Source of the DNA: Paraphysomonas bandaiensis
Taxonomy: Eukaryota; Protista; Chrysophyceae
Direction: 5' to 3'
DNA length: 64,000 nt
NCBI GenBank assembly: GCA_965644295.1
Contig: CBFFRP010000141.1
Coordinates: 124,001-188,000, forward strand
The position numbers and the translations under genes are program-made. The notes under the pieces are model-generated. The model was not told the DNA's origin and made no database searches. It saw only the letters and a program-made list of their open reading frames with translations. Shown piece after piece: positions 1 through 18,140 of this stretch; within the stretch, counting starts at the first letter, position 1, and the number at the start of each line of letters is the position of its first letter.

Positions 1-3000
1 CATCCCAATTCTACAATACATACGCCGAATATGAGCACCGTACCCGATTACTCTGAAGTATTGAGGATTGCACAGAGGGTGCCCAAATGGACACCTGGGT
101 CTGAGAGTGTGTTCCTTGTGAGCTCCATACCAGTGAAAAGTTTGAAACAGGCTGAACCTTAACCTTAAAATTTTGACACATTTCCGGCTTGATTTCAATT
201 CTTTCGCTTTCTTGGTTGCCCTGAAACAAGTACACACGACATTAACAACATATCATCATAAGTATATATCTGCATCACCTTGTTGGAATCATAGAGCTCC
301 GGGATATTTTTCGGTGGAACTTGACCGAAGCTGTCTGCTGTTACACCACGACTTTCAATCTCATCCTCCTCTGATTGAAATACTCGCTTGAAGTCTACAT
401 AACTGATCAATCCTTCATTGTCCACAGCCACTCGACGGACAAGATCGTATACTTGATTCGGAGTGAAGCGAATGCCAAGCCATTCCAGCGCACCATATAG
501 TTCCGAACAGGTGAGAAGGCCAGTGTGAGACGAATTAAATGCACGAAAGGCGTCAAATACGTACATCCCTTTCTCTTTTATTGCGATTTTGATCCGTTCC
601 ACAACAGCCTTATACTCTAGGAACATGTACTCATCTGATATAGTAAACAATTTTCCAACAGGAACCGAGCCATCCCATGGCATTTGAACTCGCCGCCGAC
701 ATGCCCGAATATCTCCCCACCAGGCCTCTCGCTCCTCGCATGTATTGTTATGAAGCACACGGAATAAGGCCATCAACCCCTTGTCATCGAAATACATGGA
801 AGAATTCATGAATAGAAAAGAGTTGATCATAGCTTTGTGTTGTGCCTCCGGTGGAGCAATGCGCATTTTTCCAGAACTGGCAAGAAGAACACTGTCGTTA
901 TCATACATACACCCATTATCGTTCAAGCACCAGAGTGATGCAATGGTTTGTGAAGGCCCAGCATGATCTCCTTTGCCCAATGCAGATACGATATCCGTAT
1001 TAATCAGACCATCGCCAGTCGTTAAACACCTACCGGTGCGTTGGTGCAGAACACTACGCATATGTTCGGCCTCATCCAAGCATAACAACACGTAAAACCT
1101 CCCATCTTGTCGCTTAAATAAGGCAGCTTGATTCTCAATAAGAGATTTAAAGCCATCAAAGTCTATACCTTTCGCAAAAAATGTCAACTCTTCTGAAGAT
1201 AATGTCACGTCGAAAAGAGTCAATAGCTGATTAATTTCAGATCAGATCAAGTATGCGCATATTATAACCTTACCTGCTTTAATTCGTCAATCTGTAAGAT
1301 ACCATCTTCATCGAAATCAAACAACTGAAATGAGCGCCTGAGGCGGGTTTCCTGATCGGGGTTTAGTCTAATCGCCTCATTCCAAGTCATAATATTACTC
1401 TTGATGTATGATAAAATACCACCCTCTTGATTAGGACACGCAGGAGTGTATTCCATTATAACAATAACATTCTTGAGTCTACGAAGACTGCGCAATAGAG
1501 TCCACTGAAGCTTAAAAAAGTTTCTACTGGCCCACAAGAAATCTGGGAATTTTAGCACTAAATTCGACCGCAAAACATTTTTGAACACAGAAAACTTTGA
1601 AAGAGGGTAGAAGCCAGTGGAACCACTGTTTTCCCCAGGAGTCTCAGCCAGCGCATCCACTTTCCATGGAACTGGGTCTTCATCATCTCGAGAGTACTTC
1701 AGCTTTTCGAACTCCTCTTCTTCAAGCTCTGCAACTTTTTCTTCTTCTTTTTCCTTCTCCTTCTCTTGTTCTTGTTCTTGCTCCTACAAAAAGAAAGAGC
1801 TATGAGAATGATGAATATTATGTCGCCAACAATTCCCCAATTTTCTCCACCCTCAGTACACTTCATGTGTTAGTTTCTAGATCGTACCTGTTCTTGCTCT
1901 TGTTCCTGTACTTGTTCTCTATTGAAAGATTGCTCTTTTGCAGCCCCTTCGGGCCCTCCGCTTGTCAACTCATCAGACCCAGAAGTAATAGTGGCTACAG
2001 AAATCGCTGCTTGAGAGCGCTTGACCTTAGCCAGGCGCTTTATTTCATCATTCATTGCCTCTTCTTCGCGTATTAGAGAGAGAATGTACTGTGCAGGCTT
2101 CCAGCAATGCTCTTGAGTTAGTAAATCCCTGTTAAGACACATTTGTCAATCGGCAGAACAAACAGTGAATACTACAACATAACATGGTGTGGCTATCATC
2201 ACACAACCGTACTTGTGACTATCGATCATCTTAGATATCTTGTCACTATACTTCTCAACCGTTGGAACAGAGTTTTCTATCTCGAAATCGATCCGTTCTC
2301 TAAAGATGCGCAACGCCTTGCTAATTTCGGGAGAAATACGGGCCTTCGCGAGCTCTTCAGTGTTAGTGTTAGCAAGCAGTGCAGCAAAGCAACCCTTGCG
2401 CCATATGTTCGCCACATTCTGCTCACAGAGTAGATTGAATTGTATTCCATCAACGCGCATGCTGTTGATCACCAGCCAGGCGATCACATCATTCAAAAAC
2501 TGTTGTATTTGCTCCCTAGATTCAAGTGACAGCTCGTTGGAATTATCCGGTACCGGAAGACCCTTTCCAACAGCTACCTGGGTGCGGATTCTCACCAGTA
2601 TTTCTGGGACGACCAAGAGCTTTATCGTTTGCCCTTTACCAATTCCTCTCATACGGAAAGCCCCCTGTGCATAGTCTCGGAATACCTAGAGTTTCTAAAG
2701 TTAAAGCAGCGACAGTGTTCAACTGCAGCTTCGACAAAAACAGAAGTTTACGTGAACATATACAAGAATCAACAGTCATTCAGTTTACTTGCGTCGTATA
2801 TGAATACCCAGACATGACACAAAACGCACCATATCCTTTCCTAGTGTTAAAACAGCACATGCATCAACGGCCTGTTTTATATCCATTCCCGTTGTATGCA
2901 CTTGATCATAAAAAGTAAACCGTTCTCCCCACGCCAAGCCACTCTCAGCTAATATCACAGTTTGCATTCCCTTTCGTAAAAGTACCATCTGCCTATCCAA

Positions 3001-6000
3001 CTCATCTAGATACACGACACCCTTCATTGTGGGCAGCCCAGCGCGTAACAGATACGCCGCCACTTCTTTGTTTGACATCCCCGTAATTAGCGCTCCCGTA
3101 TCAATTAAGGCATGAACTGGAGGATCTGCCTGTAAGAATGATTAACGCGTGTACAGTACAATTCTCATGATAGAGAATATGTCGTTACGACATGTCTAAC
3201 TACATTGCATGTCACATACAGCATGAATGAACATATTCATCGCTCATTGCTCGCTTTTTATTTACCCAAGTTGTACTTACATTAGCAATATAATCCAATA
3301 TTGATTTCGCGCTCCAATTCATTGGCATAGGTGTACACTCCACTATATCTGGTGAAGTAAGATAGTGAACAACTCTACCGTCAGAGCCGCGCTCGTATTG
3401 ACAACTCCCAAGTTCAAGTGGAAGGATATCACTTGGTGTTCCCGAAAATCCTATTCTGCGACCAAATAACATATCACCACCTAATTCTTGTCCACAAGTG
3501 GTCAATTTTAATCCCTGGTGTGCCAACATTTCTGGGAATATGAGGTCGTTTAAGTAGTGCATTACGGGATGTGGAAGTTTATATAAAAGTGGATACAAAA
3601 CTTTAAACTGTTCGGCATCACGTACATCTACCAGTTGTAGAGGCCAAACTGCGTCATCCACAGCACAGAAAATATCAGAAAATATATCTACCCCATTTAC
3701 GTCTTTTTGTGTCTTAGATATTTCAGAGGACTGGGAATGCGCTCGACGTTTCCCTTTTTCTTTCTTTCTCTTGCTGCCTCGAATAGTTTTACCAGTGCTC
3801 AGAACCCACTGCTCAAACTTTTGGCAGGAAGGACGCTGGTGGTACGGACCAACCTCCTCGTCAAGACAATCTTGTAGATGAGTTAATACCAAACGGAAAT
3901 CATTCTCACGCAGGCCTTCGTATCTATATATCATGAATGAGTTTTCAGCTAGCTGATAACAAGTGAATCGCAAGCACATTTCATTGACAAAACGTTATAA
4001 TAAACACCGAATTTTCAGTATTTCATGAGTTATTATGCCCTTCAGTACCTGAAAGCCAAAATGGATAAACCGATTAGTATATCTGGGTGAGCGAATTCTG
4101 ACGCTCTACTGGGCACATCCTTGCCTACAAAAGGAACAGCAAGAAACTTTCTAGTGGTCGGAATCTTAACGCCATCATCTTCAAGCTGTTTAATATCTGC
4201 TGGTTGGAGGAGACCGAAATGCACACGGTTAATCTTTTGCAGGACGAACGGTAAGAAAGAAGATAGCCAAGAGTGACTCAAATTCAGCATCTTCACATGA
4301 TCATCCACAAGATTGCGGTGTATTTTGGTTGTGACTTCGGAAGAGCTGTTTGTGCCTTTCAAAAGATACTCAAGTATCTCAGAGTCTTGTAGAGAGGTCA
4401 TCTTTTTTGCTCGCAGCCAAAGAATCATCCACCGAGCCAGAATTGATTTCAAACGACGACTGTTACATAAGTTAAGCATGGCGTCAAGCTATAGTTAATT
4501 TTAAAGTAGACACAATATACTTACTCATAAAATGTTGTCGACAATAAGGCAATATGAGGAGTTTTTTGAATCAATAGGTTCTCAAATCCCTCTTCAAGTG
4601 CAGCAGATAGGTCATCTAAAATCTCTTCTGCCTCACGAGAGTCAGCCATCTCAGCAAGCACTGGATACCCACGACAGCTAAAAATAGCATCCAGTAGGTG
4701 AGCGGGAATGTTCCATCTCAGCCCATTTCCGAAGGACGACCTTGAGAAATCTAGCGGTTCTTTGATTCCAAGTGGCCAGTTTAATTCACTCTTCAATGGA
4801 TGCAGCAGAAGATCAACTTCGTCCATGATTTCTATACTACCCCGCAACACATCAAATATTTCGCGACAATAATTGGCCTGATCTTTAAGATCTTGAACCT
4901 CTTCTGGCGTCATATCACCGCTGTAGTCTAACCGAGGCGAAAGGCCCAGTAAGGATGAAAGTATTGTTTTAACAGCCACATTCTCACTCTTCTCAGCATC
5001 TAGATTACTTTGTTTGTCTAACAAATGGCATATCTCCATATACTTCAGAACAAACGATTTCACAGATGTTGGAGTTGAGACTACAACAGCTCGAAGGTTT
5101 CGAGCAATTCGAAGTTTACACAGCAACCGCAACGTAACCTGTAGACAAATAAGCCCGATACACACCAAAGTATAGCCAGAAAACCTTCTGGTATCGGTCA
5201 AAAGTAAAAGTGAAAACGGGCTTTCGGACGACAGTACTGAATCTCTCACGTAATACTCCAGCAGAGAAATCTAATAGTGGGTTTGGTACCACCTATATAT
5301 CAAAACACCATGATTAAACAAAGATGTAATGTACAAAGAGGTCGCAGTACCTCAACCATGAGAGTGTTACTGTCGGCCAAAAGCATTGCGAGCAAAGGCC
5401 CGACGACAGTAGTCTTGCCCGCACCCATGATCATCTAACAATGCATTCGAAACTCAGCCAATATCTTTCCTCAACTGCACCTAGCTTCCTTACCTGATGA
5501 CACACAGATTTTCCATTGTGCATTTCGCCAATGAGTTTGCTAACCAGCTTCACCTGAGGCTGCCGAAGCAATATATTGTGGCAAAATTCGAATATCATGA
5601 AACGTGGGTCGATTTCATACGTGGACGAACTGGCTGAGCATTTCCTGACAAATTGTCTCTTGGCTGCCAACGTACTGGCTAAGTTAGTGCTCGACGATAA
5701 GAGCTCTTTGCACAACACTTCCACAGAAGTACTACCAGTGCCCTTGAAATGATTAACCAGGGCTTTCAGAGATTTGCATACACTAGACACTTGATGTAAT
5801 GCTAAGTTCGTTTGGCTGATCCGATTCGCACACATCATCACAATTAACACTGCAGCAATAATATCGGCAGCTTCTTCGTCTGTTAAAAATGGGTTGTACA
5901 TTTGCAAATTTCCAGTCCAGTCTTTGTTGCCTGTGCACAGAACAAGGAAATCGAATCCCTAAAACACAGTTAAAAATTAACATGAGGCATGTAAGATAAT

Positions 6001-9000
6001 CTACCAAGACAGTCTCTGTCCCTCCTTGTTGATAAAACTGATGCCGCAGGATACGAAGATCATTGGGGCGATTAGAACCTATAAAGCCCTTACCATTGGC
6101 AGATTCGACAATCTCTTTGATGGCTGATCTAACGAATTGAGAATCACGCTTCTTCAGATTGTCAAGTGACTGTTCAAGAGCTGTCATTGCAGCCAAAGAT
6201 GCCTGCGCCTCACTCGCACTGCTTATTCGAGCCTCTCCGATGGATGAAATCATCGGCACAATACTCTGATTCTCATCATTCGCAAAGTTTCGTATGTCTT
6301 CTTCAAGGCGTGATACAGATGTGCGGGCAATATGGGATCGAGATGATGGATGGTCTAGCACATGAAGTGGAGAGGTTGCACTAACTGCAACTAATTTTCT
6401 GTCCGCCAAACTTTTAAACTCAATAAATCTTGAAAGATCCAATACTTCCAATGGGGTGGAACTGAATGCTTTTATGTCTGAGGCTGACATACTTACTGGG
6501 AGACAAGAAAGTAGACCCGGTAATGTTTCAGAGTACACCCGATTATCACAGTTTATATCCGTAACTTTCGGAACAATCCAGCTACGACCTGTACAAAACG
6601 ATCCCATGTCTATCTCAAAAGCGCCGCCACAGGATAACTCAGTGCTAGGTTTGAAAGATGTTGGCGTTGTGTATCCTAGTCGGCTTACATATAACTGTGA
6701 AGTGTGCTTCTTGATGTAGGCAGCGGCGTTTTTGATATGAGATTGAAAGATATCCAAGCCCGCAAGCGAGGGAAGTTTGAGCTTCCTCTTATCTTCAAAA
6801 TGCGGCATACTACTAGATATCTGTCGGTGTTCTGCCATCACGCGAAGAATGGCTAGTGGTTGTGCTTGACCGGTAACCCCCTTCGCTGCGGCAAGTGCGT
6901 CATCAGTAATCATTCTAAACAACGCACTGCCGACTTCATGTCCATGGTCATCGGGGGTTATTTTCATATTTAACGTGCTGTTCATTAACTCGTACAAAAA
7001 GAAAAAACCCAACCCATTTTTTCCTCTTAAGTCGATCATATTATCTTCCAGGGCAGTCATGACAAATTGAACGGCCGGAGGACCAATCATACCATCTTCA
7101 GGGCGGTTATACTTCACCACTGCAAACTTTCCAACGATTGTTTTGAACTGCGGTTTCGATGTGTCAAGAACTTCAAGATCAATGGGGTCAGTGATAAGGC
7201 AGGACCCACTAGGTACGGGTGGAAAAACCACAGTATACTTCCGATCCGGAGATTTGGGAGAAAACTTGTCGAGAAATAGGTCAAAAGATGCCTGGACTAA
7301 ATTCAATCTGTTTTTGAAGATATAATCCCGTCCATCACAATTTAGTACCTCAGCAGCTATTCGATTCAATATAAAACTCTCTTCTTCTGGTGATAGCCTG
7401 CAGGTTGAAGATATTCTGTGCAGGCGTGTAATGTACCCAAGCATTTCAGCTCTTACATCAAAAGGGTATGGCATAATATCACTAAACCCATAGGTCACAA
7501 AAAAAAGTTTCAATCGCATTGCATGCGTTTCTGGACATAGGGTGTCTTTGACGGCTCCAAACGCTTCGTATATTTGCCTCTCTTGTGGGCTTAACTCAGT
7601 ATCACACACACATGTTTCCACAAGATGAAAAGCTTCGTTGAAATTTCGAGTAAGGGTTCGGAATAGTAGCAAATACAATGTGGATGCAACCGATTTGGAG
7701 GACAGAAACCCACCAGATGAGTGAACCGGATATATGAAATATGGCATATGAATATTTCTTAGCCACTCTTCATCCATTCTATTCAGTGATAGTTGATATG
7801 AGTATTTATCACCTTTTACTTTGATCATTGTTGGTTTCGACGTTGCAGGAAGCAGAACGAACTGCTCATTCTCAACGTTACTTAATAAAATCGCATGAGG
7901 TAACCCATCCATGATATGTTCCGAACCAGGTGGAATGTCCTTACTTGCAAGAAAGAGACCACTTTGTTCAACTAAGAAGTACCGAACCTTTCCGTCACGA
8001 TCCACTTTTTTCTCAAATGTCATGTGTAAGCGAGGAAGCTCCACATAATCAATTGATACATCCACTTGCTTTCTCTGTGAAGGATCACTTTTCGTCCACA
8101 CAAGAATATTTGATAGCGAATCTAATCGCAACAATAGTCTTGCAAAATCATACACAGCTTGCCAGGCTGGTGACACGGACTTTTCAGCACCTAAACTTAA
8201 TATATGCAATAGGTTCACCATATACAGCACAGGCTTTTCATCGTCTCTGGTAAAACTAATTCCTGTGTCAATCTTTTCTTCTGCACTCTGAATGATTTTC
8301 AGCGTAGGGACTTCAGTCGCTTCCATAACCGGAATACGGCAAATTAAAGCGTTTGCCACAGAATTTCCATAGCCGGACTTGTCTGCAGTTCCCGCTTCCT
8401 GCATCAATTTTATGTTCAAAACACATTTTTCAGCAGAACTATCATGCTGTGGAATAAGATATCCGGTCAAACTGTCATCAGGGTTCTGCCAGAACAAGTA
8501 GCGCTCAAGCAGAGCAGATGGAATAAGTCCCTTCAGCAAATACCATGGTACATATGTTTGAAAAGAACCTACTTCAAAATCCTGTGATTCTTCTCCTGAA
8601 AAATATCGAGTAATATTGAGTGACGGTGAAGGCAATACTGGAGCTTTTACATTCCCGCAACTCTCGCGGAATTCATCACCTACATATTCTCCGTCATTCA
8701 AAGGTAGATCATGAAGGGTATAATTCGGATCAGAGGAGAAAATTTGGGTGCGATAAAACCGGCGCCCATGGGATACCACATTGAATACGTGAAATACTCT
8801 CAAATGGCGATACACAACAACTTCTTTCAGAGTCTTCCACGGAGTTTCTGACTTTGATTCCACGGATACAATATCCTCAACTGCATAGCCATAAAAAGTC
8901 ACGACGTTATCTGACCTACAACTAATCTTAGAGGTACACAATTCAATGTCTGCAAAGACTTTAGGAATCCACGGATCAAGAATTTCTTTCACCCATTTTC

Positions 9001-12000
9001 CCAACGGACATAAGCTGTATGGAATCAAGCATCCATGCTCTGGAATCCGGGTGTCGGGCGTCCATTGTTGTACATCATACCCCATACCAATGAGGCGTAC
9101 CCATCTCCTATTTGTAGTGTGCATAACTTCTGCACATTGAATAACATCCCCTGCCATGATATCAGAAAGCACAGTTCGGAAGGAGTCGCTGTTAACAATA
9201 TCTTCGTCTAATGGGGCGATAGAGTGTTTCTTAATTGTGAACTCGCCCAACTGAGTGTTCATTTCTGTCTCAATTACAGTGGTGGTAGTTTCTCGCAGCC
9301 ACGCCTCAAAGTCCTCTTTGGCAAGGGCAGATAAATCTTTCTCAAAGTCAGGGACCTCTTGATCTGGAACAAATTTTCCTAGAAATTCGGGTCGATCAAT
9401 GGAGACCCAATCTTTTGGCGAGTGGTCCGTCACAGGATCTTTCCTATTATTTCCCTCCTCGACAAGACGAACCACGGCATCCATCACCTATTTGCAAGAA
9501 TTACAAGAATTAACACACTATGTATTACAAAATCATGCTCACCTCATTTCTGCCTTGAGGGTTATTCATAAGCCACTCCACAATCATTACACGATTTCTC
9601 TGATACATATCAAACAGCTCCACTTGGGGAATACCTAAGTCATCCTTTGAAACTTCTACACTCTTTCTGGAGAAAAACCCCTTTTCAGCAATAGTAGTAT
9701 TATCAAACTCCAAATCATATACGTAATTGTTCGCCAAGAATATTTGACTAGCAAGCTGTGAGAAGACAACTTTGGCATTCAAGCCGTTTTTGTCAATATT
9801 TTTGAAAATGTAAGCCAAATGAGCATGTAGCTTACATGCTAGTGCAAGCTTTCCATCCGACTTAGCACGAACAATCCATCGGGCAATTATTTTGAATATC
9901 TTAGTTTCCAGAGTGGTACGAACAGCATGTTGACATTCAACGGCTTCCTTTATAATATCTTCAGAACACTGAAGTCCACGTACGTACGCAGTTTCATATG
10001 CTCCATTCAAAACTGCAGTGTGTTCTTCAGCGCCACCTGGGTTATGATGCTCGTGATTTTTTACCAAAAATAACATATAACCCTCCACACGAACTGCTAA
10101 TCTCATAACATACAGAATAGCCTCACTCAGATCACTGAATTTGCCAGTGTCCATATCTGCAACTCGTTCCAGCATAATTTGAATCGAAGACATAATAATA
10201 TGCGGTGCAGTGAGAATTTCATTGAAGAGAAGACCAACTGGAGTGCTTAGATGGTCACGATTCGGAGCGGGTATGATCTCAGGAGGCTCCTTGGTGTACT
10301 CCTCTTGCCAACGTCCTGGTTCAAATAACGCCGCATCAACAACCTCTTGCACTTCAACACAACGGAAGCACTTCAGGCGTTTTTCATTAGCAAAAAAATT
10401 AAGCAACAAAGGTATCCGAAGGTAAGGTGCTGTTAGGTACTGTAATATTAACTCTGCGTCACTTGCCCCTAGAGTGCCATCAAAATCTGGTAAGTGTCGT
10501 ATATGAAGCACGTCGTCCTCATTGTCTATCCGTTCCCCGACCAATACGCTAGGGTTGGCTTTAGACGGAGACGCTCTTGGCTTAGATGTAAGACCCATGT
10601 AATGCCAGAGCTTCGAAAATAGCCCTCCTCTCACTTTCGCTTGACCAAATTTTCCATCATCTTCTTCTTCCATGGGAGGATAAGTACACTCCAGTCGCCG
10701 GTTAAACCCATTGACAGCATAATCCCCTTTATTCATGGCCCAGCGTAGCTTGGCATCAGCTGGCTCCCATAACTTCAACTCCGGTAATGCATCCGAAGAC
10801 GGCACCATTACCAGCTTAAACATGAAAATCATATCTCTGAAGTATCCAATTTCTGGGTAGTTATCAAGTATCTCAGATTTCTCTCCAACAATGTAAAGCT
10901 CTTCACTTTCAGCACTAAAACCAAGCTGCACACATATCTGGTGAATAAATCTAATTTCAGCAGGATTTACGGTGTTTCCTTGGTCAAATCTGAACATCAT
11001 ATGATCATCTTGTACGCTTGATTTCATCTGCGTAAAATAGTCAAGCACTTGAGTGCGGGCAGCCACTGTTTCGGGAGTATTGAATTGCAAGTATTCACTC
11101 TCGAAGGCAAACTGTCCCATTGTAAAACCAAAAGGCTTGACAGGCCCCATCGCCCGGCCGGAGTAGTGAAGAGATGTCTGAGACGGTATATCCGTGGCTA
11201 CTTTTCTGAGTACGGCATCGCATATGGCTGCCATGCAGGAAATTGTGAGTATGCGAATAGCATCGCCCGACCTAGTGTACTTCACTGACAATGACGCAGC
11301 AACAAAGTGACGGCATAATAAGTTAAGTAACTTTAATATATCAAACTGAGTGTCATTCAAGATATCTTGCGAATGCCAAAAACATTTCCTCTCTCGAAGA
11401 GGATGGTTAATCGGTAGAGGTAACGGGATTACACGCACAAATAAGTGCTCAATAAGACATACTCGTAGTGTATAGCTATTCCGTATGAGGGTGCGTTGAT
11501 TCGCCAGCAAGACACATAAGTTGAGAGCATGACGCATTGCACACGATACATCATGAAATGTGGCGACCCTATCTGGGACTTTGGTCAATTCAACGGGCCT
11601 CAATATCGGAGGAATGGGAGCACTACCAGCTAAGCTCTCCACACTGGCATCTCTACAAAAACGACCAAAGAAGGACCACTGCGTGTTTTCCGGATCAACA
11701 CCAATCCTATCCGTAATATTACACAAAAGCGGTTGTGTCGTTACACCTTTATCCAATTCTGCCAGTCTGGCCTGTACGCTACTTACTAAACTATTCACAT
11801 GAGTCAGAAACTCAATTGACACAAGAGAGTCATCATGTGCGTGATATGCAGCCTCCAGAGATATGGTTTCAACAGAGACCCGTAGTAAGTCGAGCTCTCC
11901 AGCTGCGATCGAGGATACGACTTTCAGATCATTGTCAACAAAAGAAAACAAGCTGGACTTGATATATAGCCCAAAGCATTTGGAGTGAGCCTCCGTGAAA

Positions 12001-14017
12001 CCCTCGGCTCTCGCGATATGACACACTGCCTCAACCACGCAATTCACGAATGACGCATCACCCCCCACAGGAGCCGCAGAGAATACCGCAGTGTCAGAGT
12101 CAAATGCAGATAATAATGGATCAACAGATAGGTAGGTCAGCAAACGCTCGTAGAAATATGCCATTCCCCGCTCAGAAGAAGGCTGACAAGTGCTCATGTA
12201 CACAAGCAACCTAATAAAATACGGATGAAGCAGTTAACAAAGGGACTCATTAACACTGTATACCGAATACTGTAAACACCATAAATATTACATTTCCTTT
12301 TCCGTACATTTCATATACTTACCAGAACGTTGTGTTCAACACTCTGTTAGTCTGTACTGCGGGGAGAGTGAGAGCCATGTTATGGTAGATAGCTGCATCT
12401 TCATCGTTCCCTCGCATGGCGTGATAGCACAGTCCTTCGTCAGCAGACGTATTAATCACTGTTACAGTGAAATCATTGTCTGTGCCTTTCTCTATCCGTT
12501 GTACAAGTATTAGCACGCAATGATCAGCTGTCTTGTCGGAATGCTTCAGAAAAGACGTGTTTTGCCAAGTCACGGGAAACATCATATAATCCCCTGCTGA
12601 CAACCTTCGCAGACGCATAGACAATGTAGCCAGATAAGAAAACATCTTATTGGCATCTCCCGCATGGTACGGCAAGCGACCAGTGATATCAATAGCATCA
12701 TGAAGAATCCTCTTGGTTTCATCAAGTACTGTGGTAATCAAATCAGTGTGCCGCGCTGGTGGGAACTTTATGATGTCAATACTCGCTATGGACTTGCTAA
12801 CCAGATCAAGGGCGCGCATAATTCTGGACATTGCTGACGATCCCACAGCATGAGTGACAGGGGAAGCCATTTGACGCACATGACAGTCAGCAAAGAGGTC
12901 CATGAACAAGTATTGTCTCCAAACTGCGTTTCCGCTCTGTCCATCGGAAGACAAAGCAAACTTTGAACCGTCCAATGAAGCACACGTTGTTGCAGTGACT
13001 TCTTCAGTGACAGACTTTTTTCTAGGTGATCTCTTTGGAATGGTCACCGACTTCGGTTTGCTTTCAACTTTGATACTCGCTTTGTTTTCAACTTCAGTGG
13101 CAACTGGATTCTCATTTGAACTTGAGGGTGCGGGTACAACATCATTACCAATCGAAGCTGACTGGGCAGGGGTAAAGACAGACTGATAAGATTCTTTATG
13201 TGTTACTGACTGTAAATTATTTCCTGAGGACGCTTCAGATTCGGTATGCTGCTGATTATTGGATAGCTCCATTGGAATGGAAGACTGAGTGAGCCTTGTA
13301 GTATCTGCAATTCGTGTCTGAATATTGTTCACACCACTTATACTTGTGCCGCTGGTACTAGAATCCACCGAAGCCATCGCACCTTCTAACCCTCCCACCA
13401 CATCAGCGGGGTCGGGCAGCACACTTGCTGATAAAAATTCCACGTAGTCGGTTGGGAACGCACCATTTTCTCCCACACTCCAACCCCCCGGTTCGCCTTT
13501 TGTAACAACAGTTACTATTTCTCCCTGACTGAGTGCCATGCTGGTAGGGTCAGAGGGAGTATAGTCAAATAGCACGCGAGCTTTGAGGGGTTGTGTCTGG
13601 CTCGCTTTTACACGGGGTGGGGGAGGTGGGATATTCTGAGTTGTCTCTTGTCGAGGTATAACTTTCACATAATCGGTAGGATAAAAACCAACGTTACCTA
13701 AAACAAAGGTAAAGTTTATGCTAGCAACATTCGACAGCGACATTACCATACGAATCGGCTGCCTTCGACCATCCACCAGATTCCCCTACTGTTACAACTT
13801 TAATTTTGTCATCCTTTCTCAAAGAAATTTGGTCGGGAGACTGTGCAGTGTAGTCATACAGAACAATGCCCATGACTTCATCAGAGCCACCTGGACTCAA
13901 TACATGTGTTTCCATCGCATCAAAAGGAGAGGAAGCGGATGTCTGCACTGATTGAGGCTGAAGAACAGAGTTGGATAAATCAGCAAACGGGTCAAAACTG
14001 TTGCCCGTGTTATTCAT
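1..14017 (-). CDS. Giant multi-exon protein (>4000 aa): 2x SH3, papain-like region, DUF3638/DUF3645 SF2-helicase-like P-loop module, EF-hands, Vps62-like C-terminal region; probably runs off the left edge
   Basis: Chain of same-strand ORFs joined by short GT-AG introns (e.g. 13698-13746). SH3 motifs: VLYDYTAQSPDQISLRKDD..GGWS..GFYPTDYV and VLFDYTPSDPTSMALSQGE..GGWS..AFPTDYV. Walker A MIMGAGKT in a small exon at about 5350-5434; Walker B IMDEVD; DUF3645-type LAVPFVGKDVPSRASEFAHPD; FYDQVHTTGMDIKQ. EF-hands FDFDEDGILQIDE and FNSSHTGLLTCSE. VWSSQG..VSIWAP near the 3' end. Confidence 0.85.
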
Positions 14018-14205
14018 TGGAGTCTCACCTATCTATCTCTATATATATTAGGTCAAACAGCAAACAGTACGCGATATCGAGGGGAAAAATACTACATGAC
14101 AAGCACTTGTCTTTGTATGCAACTTTACAAATACTTTAGATTCAAGTGGAAATATCATAATACAGCAGCAAAGGCGACGTGTCATACCTCTCCTCACAAG
14201 GATAC

Positions 14206-14315
14206 ACATACATACATACATACATACATACATACATACATACATACATACATACATACATACATACATACATACATACATACATACATACATACATACA
14301 TACATACATACATAC
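14206..14315. repeat. (CATA)n microsatellite
   Basis: About 27 tandem CATA units between the divergent giant gene and the kinesin gene. Confidence 0.98.
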
Positions 14316-14622
14316 GCGGGTTTTTGGGGTGTAAAAAACAAAGGTATAATGGTATTCCATCATTTCTGTTTTTGATGTGTGTTTGTCGGGCAGAGTGGAG
14401 TGTGTTCTAGCTCGTATGAGTTCCTTCTCGGTGAGTGGATTTCTATCAAACAAGGATGGAGGTATTCTATGGCACCTCATCACAGTCTCTGTGTGCATCA
14501 TCCCCATGAACAAGTGAACTGTACAGGATAGATATACTTATATATATCTTTCATAGGCGTTGATCAGCTGCTGTGTTGTTTTCTATTTAGAGTTTATAAT
14601 TCACCGTATAAAGTCTATTCAC

Positions 14623-18140
<3,518 letters not shown>

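Noticed and set aside
1597-13951. Numerous plus-strand ORFs overlapping the giant gene (and antisense ORFs over the kinesin, TUTase, RAD21 and TANGO2 genes)
   Set aside because: Antisense shadows of real coding exons with no domain signal
14048-14513. ORFs encoding (MYVC)n / (HTYI)n, also at 22537-22945 and 40907-41239
   Set aside because: Translations of stop-free (CATA)n microsatellites; no evidence they are proteins
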